A DNA stretch of 61,929 bases, counting the filler. It is 11 parts of 11 records of this genome, joined end to end, with 100 filler letters (N's around TTAATTAATTAA, not from the genome) between each part and the next. Parts side by side here need not be neighbours in the genome. Positions count along the whole stretch, not along the records: positions 9,158 to 17,257 come from SRR7504441_13224; positions 17,358 to 23,207 come from SRR7504441_13235; 9 more parts are not named here. One strand, 5' to 3'. Both the position numbers and the translations under genes were made by a program. Position 1 is the first letter of the stretch. The number at the start of each line of letters is the position of its first letter. Below are positions 12,774-23,307 of this stretch, piece after piece. The notes below the pieces were generated by a model that was given only the letters and a program-made list of their open reading frames with translations, made no database searches and had not been told where the DNA came from.

Positions 12774-12930
12774 TACAGCTGTACAGTACAGCTGTACAGC
12801 TAGATCTATAGTTACGCTGTAGTCTGTGTACAGCTAGCTGTACTCACGTATTCAAGTACTACTAAAGTACTAGATCTAGGTAGATCTACGGTGGTGTAGA
12901 TCTATTAGATCTATTAGATCTTAGATCTAT
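12774..12930. repeat. Array of short palindromes (TAGATCTA x6, TACAGCTGTA x2) upstream of the PPR gene
   Basis: TAGATCTA at 12801, 12871, 12881, 12897, 12906 and 12922; TACAGCTGTA at 12774 and 12787. Confidence 0.8.
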
Positions 12931-13261
12931 TATACCTGGTTTTTACTTAGAAATCACGACCTTAATCACAACCTACTCGAGTACTCGTACAGGTATCATG
13001 TACTTGTACGCGCGCACCACGACGGTGCGCCACGTTAGCGCCACGTCACCCGCATAGTTTAACATCAACGATTATGAAGTCCAGCAGCAGCTAGAATTGT
13101 ACCAGATTTGCAGGCCCTACAAAATCCGGTCGACTTGGCGGTTGTGTTTGGCGTGCTCATATATGCATGGCAAATGCAACCACTATATATGCAAGACTGG
13201 GAGATCATCGTATCCAAACAAGTAAGGATCACCCATCTTGAGCCCATGTGGACCGACCAAC

Positions 13262-16200
13262 TCAGATGTTCAGATTGCTTGACTCGACCGCAACTACGGT
13301 GGCCCAAGACTGGTTGATACGTGCGCGAGGAGCTGATTCACTACGGGTGCTGGCAGTTTTCCGGATAAAGGATGTGCTATAGCTGACGTGTTCCTTGAAG
13401 CTCGGCTCAACATAGAAGTTGGAAAGTACGCTCTTCATTGCCTCAGGTCGTGCCGGCCACAGCTTCTGCGCAGCTGAGTTCTGTAGTACGTAACAGACTG
13501 TCCGCTTATACATCACCCACGCGACCTTCGGACTGCCATCTTTTGCGGTGCCGGTTTTCTGATGCTGCATTTCGACAGCGTACTGATGCTTCTCTGGCTT
13601 GAGAGAGCCTCTATATTGGAGATATTGCGATACGTTTGTCACAGTCGGATGCAAGTCGGGTTCGAGAGGGTTGAATTCTTGCTGCTCAGGAACAAATACA
13701 ACGAAAGACAGCGGCTGATCAACATTGGATTCCGATAGTGCAATCAGGATGTGTTGGAATGTTGTCTGCAAGCGCACACACGGCACTCTCAAGTGCAATC
13801 TCACGAGCAGCTTACCTTCAAGACCATCAAGTCAAATGGAGGATTCACTTGGAAACTGCCAGCCACAGGAGTTCGCTCGAAGAATGATCCGGTACTCCCA
13901 AAATACTGGTCGACATCAGGGAACAAAGAGCCGTAGGATTCGAGGCAACAGTTGAGTGGCGAAGCAAACGCCTCGTGTCGCACCCCAAACTCTCGCTTGA
14001 GCGCCTCAAAGGCGGCAATCTGCAACGCACGAGGCATCAGACCGAATTGCGATTCTGTAGCTGGACAATAGTACTTACGGGGATCGCAGATTGGCTTCCA
14101 GAGCAGAACGTGAATAGTGTGCTGTACCGTTGGAGCACGTTGAACACTCTGGACAGGAATCTTTTACTGCCACCTGTCGGGGCTCAGTGCACACGTTGTA
14201 TGCACCCCACCTGGTGCTGCCCTAGTATACAGCTCTTGAAGCCGCTCGAGATGCCCTGGCCAGATGATAACACTCTTCTCGAGCTGCTCACTCTTCATCT
14301 GAATCGTCAGCTCTGAATTTTTTCCATTTGGCTGGAGCACAGTCATATTAAACGAGGCGTCGGTCCAGTCAGGACCAAGTCGCTCCCGCTCTCTTGACGA
14401 GAATTCGGCAGCCCGCTCAGCCAGCCGTTCACAGCGCCGCATCAGATCGACCGCAAGGCTGTCTGCATCCCCCTTAAAATGTGACTCCAAGTAGCGTTTC
14501 AATGATTCGGTACTGTTTGTTGGGATCAGCGGGTCAAGCTGCCGACGACCGCCTTCCTCTGTCTCGTTGCAGCGGAACACCCATCTGTCCAAGAGGCCCT
14601 GCGCAAGCTTCCGGGCCTCGAAGTCATTGTGAGACCACTGGGCCTTCTGCTGAAATGGAGAAGCGACTATTGTATCCAACAACTCGCCGATCAGTCTGTC
14701 CCGGAATACCGCCACCGACGGGGGCTCCTCTACGCGACTGGCGATCACAGCTGATGCACTGCTACCATCTGTCTCGGAATTTGGAGAGTTCGAGTTGGAC
14801 GTGTCAGTTCTAGAATCTGACGGAGTGTCGGTCTTAGAATCCGAGGAATTCGTCAGCTCTGCCTCAGAGTATATGCTGACATCGCCATCCTTGCCTACCT
14901 TGTTTAGCAATGCTTGCACGACCACAGCGTCGCTGATAGCTGCCAAGTCTGATGCTGTGAGCCGCGCAAGGAGAGATTCAGTCACTTCAACTGTACCGTG
15001 AGAAACCGCATAGTGCAGTGCCGTCTTGCAGCGTGCATCAGGAATAGCAATATCAGCACCTGCAGCCGAGGAGTCAAAGCTAGAGGCAGGCACTTTCACC
15101 GGCATGAATGAGCAGGAGTGCTATCGATGACGGTATCCCTTGACCGCCATTGGCATGTTCGGCGGAAGCAGGATTGCCAAGTATTGCATAATGCAGCGCT
15201 GTCAGACCCTCGCGATTTTGGCGGTTTAGGTCGGCGCGAGAGTTGATCAGGCACTGTACCGTGTAAAAGATGTCAGCTGGGCCGTGCTTGGCAGATTGTG
15301 CAACCAGCAGCATCAGCGGCGTGCAGAAGTTGACCGGATCCTGTGCGTCAATTTCCGCGCGCCGATCGAGCAGCGACTCGATAACTTGCAGATTTCCGCG
15401 CCCAGCAGCAAAGTGCAAGGGTGAAGGGATGCTCCCTACTGCAAAGTTGACATTGGCACCTGTCCCAGTAACCTGATGATTGGCAGGCAGCTAGGATTCT
15501 CACCCGAATCGATCAGGAGAAGAGCGACGGAGGTGGGCAGCGCCGTGTGCCAGCATGCCATTGCCAGAGGTGAGAACCCAGTAGGTGCAGCATCAAGCTC
15601 TGCCCGCGAGGCGATCAAATGCTTTGTCACGCTCAGAATGTTGGGAGTTCTGCACGGATCAAAAAAGGTCAACAGCAGCAGCAGTGCTGACGGCATCCCC
15701 TCGTGTGCTGCGTTGGTAGAAACCCCGCGAAGCAGAAGATCCTTGATGACTTTAGCGTCCCCATCTTTGGCGGCTTCGAGCAACTGCGTCTCCATCGCTC
15801 GCCGATAGTCACCGATCCCAGATGAAAATGTCAAGTCCCGGGTACTCGCGAAAAGGTTCTCCTCATCATACTGCAAGCCTTGGGCGTCACACCGAGCGCA
15901 GATGTAAGCGCCACCAGGGAGCGCGCCTACGTTCAAGCACATATCAGCTGCCTGCGCCCTTCGGCACGGCTACCGTCAGGGGTGGACTGTCCTGGCGTCG
16001 GAGCACAAGCGGCCTGTCCGTCGCAGATATAAGCGATCCACGCACTCTCGGCATTGCAGCTCAGACAGATCCGATCATAACAGATGTCGCACCCGACAAG
16101 CTGCTCGGACGGCTGGAGCTCTCTCTCGCATCGGTCGCATCTAATAAAGCCCGACGAAATGACTTGTTCATTCAAGTCCAGCTTCAGCACTTGCGAGATT

Positions 16201-17257
16201 GAAGAGTTGGACGCGTCGTCCGTGAAGAGCTGAGCTGCATTGTCAAAGTTCATCTCGCCTTCGATATCGGCCCAGGCAGAAGGAAGTGGCTCGCTGTGGT
16301 GCAGCTGCTGCCCTTTCATCAGGTCGCGCTCGGTAGTCATGGCCCCAGTTTGAGCATTTGCGTTGACAAAGGCGGATGACAGCAAAGTGAGTTCTCGGGC
16401 GAGGTGGCAATTCTGGTTGACGAGCCGGTTGACATGCGAGCTCAGGGCAGAAAGCTCCTGCTCCTGCCTCTGGGTGTGCTGAGCATCGATGACCCGCTGC
16501 CACTGCAACTGATGCACTTCGAACGCCATCGCGTGCTGCTGCTGCTGCATTAGCTCGCACTCAACCCGGTAGGCGGCATCGGGGGAACTTGGGAACTCGG
16601 CAGCTCCGTCAGGCATCGGGTAGCAAATGGCCAGCGTCTCAGGAGGGCGGTAGTCCACCGGCGATCTGTCGGCATCCCAGACATCGGCGCACCACGCATC
16701 AAACGCTCTGAAAATGCTATGCTTCTGTGCCAAATCGTCGAGCGCCTTTGCCAAATCGTCGCTGACGGGACGAAGCATGATCTCCTCCACAAGAGGCGAA
16801 TTGATGGTCTCAGAGAGCTCTCCTTTCGAGCTCACCCAATTATGGTACCGCCACCTGGAGCTATCTCGCTGCGAATGTGCCCGCTGGCGATGCCTGTCGG
16901 TCCACCGCTTGCGTTGCCTGTCCTGTCGGTGCTGAGAAGGCCTACGATTGTTCGAGCTGATGTCGTCTCCGCGACAGATTGCAATCAAGGAGGCCACCAC
17001 CCAGCCTGATGGGTTGTGGACGGGCGGTTGGTCCTCAGACCACTTCCGATCGACGTACTCATCAAGCACTTTTCGTACCATCCACGGGTTGCAGCTCCGC
17101 GCCAGGAACTCGCAGGCCGGCTGGTCAAAATCTGCAACCCCCTAGCACACGCACGGCGCGGGGGACGGTGGCACCGAGAAGCTCGTCCGGGGTGCAGCTG
17201 ATCAGGAGCTGGTTGCGGGCATCGTCAGTCAGACAGTCCCAGAAGACGGGATGCAGC
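13262..17257 (-). CDS. PCIF1/CAPAM-like N6-adenosine methyltransferase fused to ankyrin repeats, a Cys8 Zn finger, a coiled coil and an hnRNP-Q acidic/NURR-like domain (5' partial)
   Basis: C-terminal exons read EAFASPLN...YGSLFPDVDQYFGSTGSFF...GSFQVNPPF...PLSFVVFVP, the PCIF1 catalytic signature. Ankyrin repeats SPLHFAAGRGNLQVIESLL, TALHYAILG, TALHYAVSHG. All exons join through canonical 37-59 nt GT-AG introns. Confidence 0.82.
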
Positions 17258-17357
17258 NNNNNNNNNNNNNNNNNNNNNNNNNNNNNNNNNNNNNNNNNNN
17301 NTTAATTAATTAANNNNNNNNNNNNNNNNNNNNNNNNNNNNNNNNNNNNNNNNNNNN

Positions 17358-17900
17358 CCGCTGGTCGTAGTTGTCTATCCGCTTGTCCACCACCACAAGC
17401 TGGTACAGCACTCGGTTGCTGAAGATCGCCCGGGTCAGGTGCCGCTGGATCATCTGGCGCGACCGCACCACAATGTACTGCCCGATGTAGATGGCCGAGA
17501 AGAGCGGGACCACCGCCAGCGCCAGCCCGCTCACCAGCAAGTAGAACCGCCCGCCCGACCCGAACACCTTCTCGCGCTTGTACGACTGGTCGTGCTGGTT
17601 GCTCCCGACCAGGCTGTTGATCACGCTGCTCGCCGCCGGGATCACCATCAGCACGATGAAGCAAAGCGCCCCCGCGTACAGCCCGAGCTGCAGCAGCAGC
17701 CATCGGCCCAGCCGGGCCCCGTCCGGTCGGCCCGACTCGTCCCAGACGATCCGGAGCAGCCGGGCGGCCCGCTGCCAGAAGGCGTAATTGACCGCGTACT
17801 TCTCCTCCTGCTGCTGGGCCTCGGCTGCCCCGACCATCTCGGAGAGCGTGCCGTAGGCCGGGTCCCGGCCATCCTCCTTCAGCCGCTCAAACGAGGCCAT
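17358..17900 (-). CDS. ABC transporter subfamily D (peroxisomal-type), N-terminal TM fragment (3' partial)
   Basis: TM helices followed by HLTRAIFSNRVLYQL...RIDNYDQR, matching the ABCD 'IDNPDQR' motif. Confidence 0.7.
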
Positions 17901-18013
17901 CCGCCCCGCACCGACAGCCCGCCTGCAGCCTGGTCTCCCGGGCAGCACCCACTGCGCCGGCGACAACGGCCCGGCCAGCCAGCCAGCGGCACACTGCGAC
18001 GCAGTGAGTCCCT

Positions 18014-18623
18014 ATGGAGGCAGCACCGGGTGAGGAAGAGGCGCTGGAGGCGGCTGCCCCGCCGGAGGGCCCGCCGCGGTTCAAGGACGATGCCGAGAGG
18101 GCGGTGCACGAGGCCGCGCTGGCCGAGGCGGCGATGGCCGACCAGCAGACTTTGGCCCGGTGCGACTCGCCAGCAGGCCCAGCCGAGCCAGCAGGCAGGC
18201 TGGCCGAGGTGCGGGCGCGGCGGGACAAGGCCCGACAGGAGCGCGAGGCGGAGGCCGCCCGCGAGGCCGAGCTTGAGGCGGTGGGCCGGGTGGCCGGGTG
18301 CTGAGGGTCGGGCAGGCCCAGAGGCGGGCGGCGATGGAGGAGGCGGCGGCGATGGAGGCGAGCGGGGAGCGGCCGGAGCTGGAGATGCCTGGGCCCAAGG
18401 AGCAGAAGGCGGCGCTGCAGCGGCTGCAGGAGTGCGCCGGGGACGACTTCCTCAAGAGGCACAGTCTGAAGGGGGCCGGGGGAAACAAGCTGGCCAAGAT
18501 CAAGGGCGCCGCCTTTAAGAAGATCTTTGAAGACTTTTGCGAGACCGCAGGTCCGCAGGCCTCGAGCCCCGGTGACGGCGGGCAGAGATCGAGGAGCTCC
18601 GGAGGTACAAAGCCAGTGAGTAA
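18014..18623 (+). CDS. Hypothetical helical protein, 2 introns
   Basis: Two 35-nt GT-AG introns join ORFs 18014-18304 and 18298-18627 and give the terminus ...EIEELRRYKASE*. Confidence 0.6.
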
Positions 18624-18978
18624 CTAAGGAGCCGACCGAGCCGTTGCTGCATAGTTTTGAAAGAGTTTGATTAATGCAGCTAATTGTAGCTAAAGGCTCG
18701 ACGCGTACGGCTGCACGTAAGTCATAAAGCGCGGAGCCAGCGATTGTTGGTCATGATGCATCATGCATACATGTACTCGTATCAATATTAGGTAACTCGT
18801 ACTCGTACGAGCACTTCAATGCGAGTGCAGTGATCAAGACTTAGTGATGTGTAGTCTTTCAGTTTCAAGATTAATTTTTGTTTTAGTAATGAGTAATGAG
18901 TAATCCTTCCGTCTGCAAAATCCTTATTGAAGCAATCGTCTATGGGTCATCGTGAGATTTTGCCCCCTTGTTTTCTAA

Positions 18979-20103
18979 CTAACCGGCTCTGTTTGCGAGA
19001 GGTGCTCTAATCGAGCAGGTAGCCCCCACGCTGGCCCAGCGAAGACTCCACAAAGTGCGGCTGCCTGTAGCCCTGGGTCTCGAGAGTACGGCGCTCAGCG
19101 AACGCACAGTCCTGCCAACATGCTCAGCCCTGTCCCCGTCTTGATTGCGCACCTGGGCGCGGCGGGCATCCACGGCCGCAGCCTCACAGGCGCGGGCCTG
19201 GGAAGACTTGAGCTCGGCGTCGGCGGCAGCGGCGCTCCGGGCGGCGGAGGCGCGCTCCTGCTCGGTGGCGGCGCTGGTGAGCATGTGCTGGAGCTCCTTG
19301 CAGCGCTCCATGGCGGCGCGAGCACAGGCCTCGGCATCAGCGTAGGCAGCCTCGATCGCAGCGCGCTGCTCAACCGCACGCACCTAAGCCCAAGCGTAAG
19401 AACCAAGAGGGCAGCAAGCGGCCGACTAAGATAATCTGGGCCAGGGTGAGGATTGGCGGAGTGGCTCGAGGGGTTTGCTGGTTCTTGCAAGTTGCTAGAT
19501 CAAGAAAACGCAAGAGACAAGTAAGGGCCGGAGCCAAGAGATTGAGCCGGGATCGGAGGATCTAGCCGCGCACCTCGATCTCCCGGGCCTCAGCCGCGAC
19601 GGCTGCCCTCTGCCGCTCGTTGGCCAGAGCGCCGGCCGCATCAGCCTCGCATTGCTGCACGACCCAAACCGTCAGCCGGCGGGCTCCTAAGCTCCGGGGG
19701 GAGGGGGTACCTGACGGTGGGCCACGGCGGCGGCCTCGTCGCACTCGGCTTGCTTGAGTGCGCCACAGGTGGCTTGGCGGTACTTGAGCATCTCCTCTTC
19801 CTGCCTCAGGTCCTCCTGCACGCCACCAAACTGAGCCAGCCGACAAGCAAGCCCCGGATTGCATAAGCCCAACCAAGCCGGCCGGACCCAAGCCGACTAG
19901 CGGCCGGGCCCGGGCCGCTCATCTACGCGAGGGGGAACGAACCTCCAGGAACAGAGATGGCGCGGCGGCGAAGTCGTACACCGGGCGGCCATCGCGGACC
20001 TGCGGGGGGCCGGGTGAGCTTCCGAGGAAGGCAACCATCCGCCCACCGTCGAGAGCGAGATGGTCGGGTCGGAGGTCAGGTAGCGGGCGGTGACGGCAGA
20101 CAT
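18979..20103 (-). CDS. Hypothetical coiled-coil protein (multi-exon)
   Basis: ATG 20103; exons such as EDLRQEEEMLKYRQ and RAVEQRAAIEAAYADAEACARAAMERCKELQ. The 3' end is uncertain. Confidence 0.45.
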
Positions 20104-20180
20104 GGCTAGAACTCGGGTTGGGGGCGCTCGCGCTCAACTGCCACTGGACAGACCAACGGAAAATTGAAAAAAAAAAAAAA

Positions 20181-21588
20181 ATGCCGACGCGACGCGCAAA
20201 GGCGTCCAAGCGGCTACGGGCGCTGGAGGTGCGGGAGCGGGGGCGGGCCAGGGGGACGGTGGGCGCAGGCTCGGCTCCGGAGCGGCCAGGTCAACCACGC
20301 CGAGCTCCAGCAGATCGCCAAAGCGCCCGGCGGCTTCCAGAGCAGCCGGTCCGACGCCCGGCCGGGCCCGCGCTCACGCCTGGGCAGGCTGCGTCGGCTG
20401 GCCTGGCCGCGGGCGTGCGAGCTGGGCGGCGGAGTGGCCTGGCTCGACACCGAGCGCCCGCCCCGGTACGAGGACCACGAGCAGCTAGAGCGCGACGTGG
20501 CCCGGTGCCCGGCCGGCCAGCCAAACTGAGCCCGGCCCAGCGGGCTGTGGAACTACACGCTCGGCTGGAAAGAGCGGGACCGGTGCCCCGCCCGCGCAGC
20601 TGGCCGGGAGCTGGGGCGGGCAGCGCGCTGAAGCGGGCTGGGCTGATCCGGCTGATGAGCGTGGTGCTGTGCCGGAACGGGGGGCTTCACTACTACCAAG
20701 GGTTCCACGACGTGTGCGGGGTGTGTCTGATGGTGTGCGGCGAGCAAGCCGGGGCGGCGGTGGCCGAGTACCTGGCCCGGCACGCGCTGAGGCACCACAT
20801 GCGCCGCGGGTTTGACGTGACAATCCAGTCTCTCGACATGCTGATGGCGCTCCTCCAGAGCTCGGACCCGGAGCTGCACTGGTTCCTGACTCAGGCCGGG
20901 CTGCACCCGAGCTTCGCGGTGAGCTGGGTGATCACCTGGTTTGCGCACAATCTGAAGAGCCCGCCGGCCGTGCACCGGCTGTTCGACTTGCTGATAGTCT
21001 CGCACCCGCTCATGCCGATCTACCTGGCGGGCGCTATGCTCGAGCAGATCCGGCACACCGTGCTCGCCGCCGAGTGCGAGTTCACCGCCATCTACTCGGT
21101 GCTCCAGAAGCTGCCGCAGCAGCTCGAGATCGAGTTGCTGGTCCAGCGTGCCATCGAGCTGCACACTCAGTGCACCCCGGGCATGCTCGAGCGAGCGGTC
21201 CACAGGGCGCACGGACACCGCTTCGACCGGAGGTGCTCGGCCGCCGGGCCGGAAATCTGACCGGCCGCAGCCTGATGATGATGCGCGAGCCGCCGCTTTG
21301 GGCCAAGAGGCGGCTAATGCTCACAGACATCACCGGGGCGGTGCTGGGCCAGCAGGCGGCTGTTGGGATAGCGAGCTGGCAGGTGAAACAATGGCGAGCA
21401 GACGGCAAGGCGCGGGGTGCTGCACGCCTTGCGGTGCGGGCGGGCATAGTCCAGGGGCTGATCCTCTGTAGGTGGCAGTGTTGGTGTGCTTGGTGGCATT
21501 GCTTGCCGCTATTTACACCGTGGTCTACACCAAACTTGGATATTACCTCGATGTTGCATTTTACAACATATACTTGGATATTTTATGA
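20181..21588 (+). CDS. TBC1D20/Gyp8-like Rab GTPase-activating protein with C-terminal membrane anchor
   Basis: Spliced: LRRLAWP, QLERDVARGL (IxxDxxR finger), LHYYQGFHDV, FAVSWVITWFAH, RLFDLLIVSHPLMPIYL, and a terminal hydrophobic helix VAVLVCLVALLAAIYTVVY. Confidence 0.88.
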
Positions 21589-21740
21589 TAGAAAACCTAA
21601 TAGAAACCTTTTACCGTGTACGAGTATGTGTACGTGTCGCGGTGTCTTCGTGTTTTAAACACGTAAGTACTGCGTAACCCTAACCCAAGCGCTGGATTTT
21701 CCGTTGCCACGCAGCTCGCTCGGCTCGTACCGGAAGAGAC

Positions 21741-22742
21741 ATGTATGCCGGGTCCGTCCAGAGGGTTGTGCGAGGTGGCTGCGTGCGCCTTGGGGGCTGC
21801 CGACCAAGCCCCTCCTCGGTCGCCGGTCTGCCGGCAGTGCGGGTGAGCGCCCCCGTGATGGGCGCGGCCTCGAGCCGCAGAGGCTATTCGGACGGGACGC
21901 CTAGCTTCTCGCCCACCCTGACCAAGCGGCTGGCGGCCAACCTGCTGGTGGACATCGACCTGCTGGTGTGCGACATGGCCGGGACCACGGTGGACGAGGG
22001 CGGGATCGTGTACCAAGTGCTGCGCGATGCAATGGTCCAGGACGGTCTCAAGGTCAGCGAGCCGGACATGCACCCGTGGCACGGGGCCAAGAAGGAAGCC
22101 GTGATCGAGCACTTTGCCCGGCTGGACGGGACCGAGGAGAGCGCGATGCTCGACCGGGTGGAGAAGATCGGCAACACTTTCCTAGAGCTAGTGGACAAGG
22201 CGTACTTCGCCGAGGGTGCCCCAACCCGCACCCCGGGCTGACGCACGGGCAGCCTCGCCGATAGAGCACATCGACCTGACGCTGGTGGCCTACTTCCGAC
22301 AGCTGCAGGCGGCCGGGATCCAAGTCGGACTGGACACCGGTGCGGGCACAGGCCGGATTCAGGCTGAGGGTGGGCAGGCTACCCTGTGGATATCCAGGAA
22401 GGCTTGATCAAGGCGCTCAAGCTGGACGGGGCAGTGGACGGTTGGGTGAGCAGCTACCAGGTGGAGCAGGGCCGGCCGTTCCCGTACATGATCTTCAACC
22501 TGATGGAGCGGCTCAACGTGCAGGACGTGCGCAGGGTGGCCAAGGCGGGCGACACGGTCCGCGACGTAGAGATGGGCCGGAACGCCGGGTGCGGGCTGGT
22601 GATCGGCGTGCTCTCCGGGGCCGACTCGGAGCAAGACTTGCTCGAAGCCGGGGCGGACGTGGTGGTGCCCAAGATCACCGACATCCCACCTCCCAAACCC
22701 TTCCGCAGACAACGTCGGAACAGCTTCCTCGATCTCTCGTAG
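21741..22742 (+). CDS. Phosphonatase-like HAD hydrolase (PhnX-like) with putative mitochondrial presequence, 2 introns
   Basis: DMAGTTVDEGG (motif I), PWHGAKK cap loop, VGLDTGY, GRPFPYMI, KAGDTVRDVEMGRNAG, GVLSGA. Arg-rich N-terminal extension ending RRGYS. Confidence 0.88.
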
Positions 22743-22833
22743 GTCTAAGGTCCCTTAGTCTCACCTCAATTCAGCCGACTTTAAAGTAGCTTGCAATTTA
22801 CACAACTATTTTATCCATCTAAGTTTGGTGCAT

Positions 22834-23207
22834 TCAATTATTCGTTGAGTTTCGCCGTCGTTGTAGCATTGAGTTTCGTCCTCCTAGCTCGCCCAGTTTC
22901 TCACAACAAGCGCGTTCAAGCTCTGTCAGCTCCACTCGGCACTCATCAATCTGGGCGTCTTTTGAGACCAGCCGCTCCTCTAGTTGCTCTATCCTCCGGT
23001 TGCTGCGCGCTAGCTCCGCCTTGACTTCGCCTAGCTGCTCCGGCTGCTGCTTTGCCTTCATTCGTGCCAATTGCGCCGCCGCCTCCATCGCCTCTGCTTC
23101 CAAACGGGCAGCTCTCCCCGTTTGGAAGCAGAGCTCCTCCTCCTGCTGCTCTACCCCTGGCCTTGCATCACAAGACACGGCCGGCTTGGATGAAGAGATC
23201 TGCAGGC
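22834..23207 (-). CDS. 3' fragment of a coiled-coil protein
   Basis: Heptad-rich frame from the contig edge (EVKAELARSNRRIEQLEERLVSKDAQIDE). Confidence 0.5.
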
Positions 23208-23307
23208 NNNNNNNNNNNNNNNNNNNNNNNNNNNNNNNNNNNNNNNNNNNNTTAATTAATTAANNNNNNNNNNNNNNNNNNNNNNNNNNNNNNNNNNNNN
23301 NNNNNNN

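Noticed and set aside
21675-21686. TAACCCTAACCC telomere-like sequence (also CTAACCCTAG near 27381)
   Set aside because: Only two units and internal; not enough to call a telomere.
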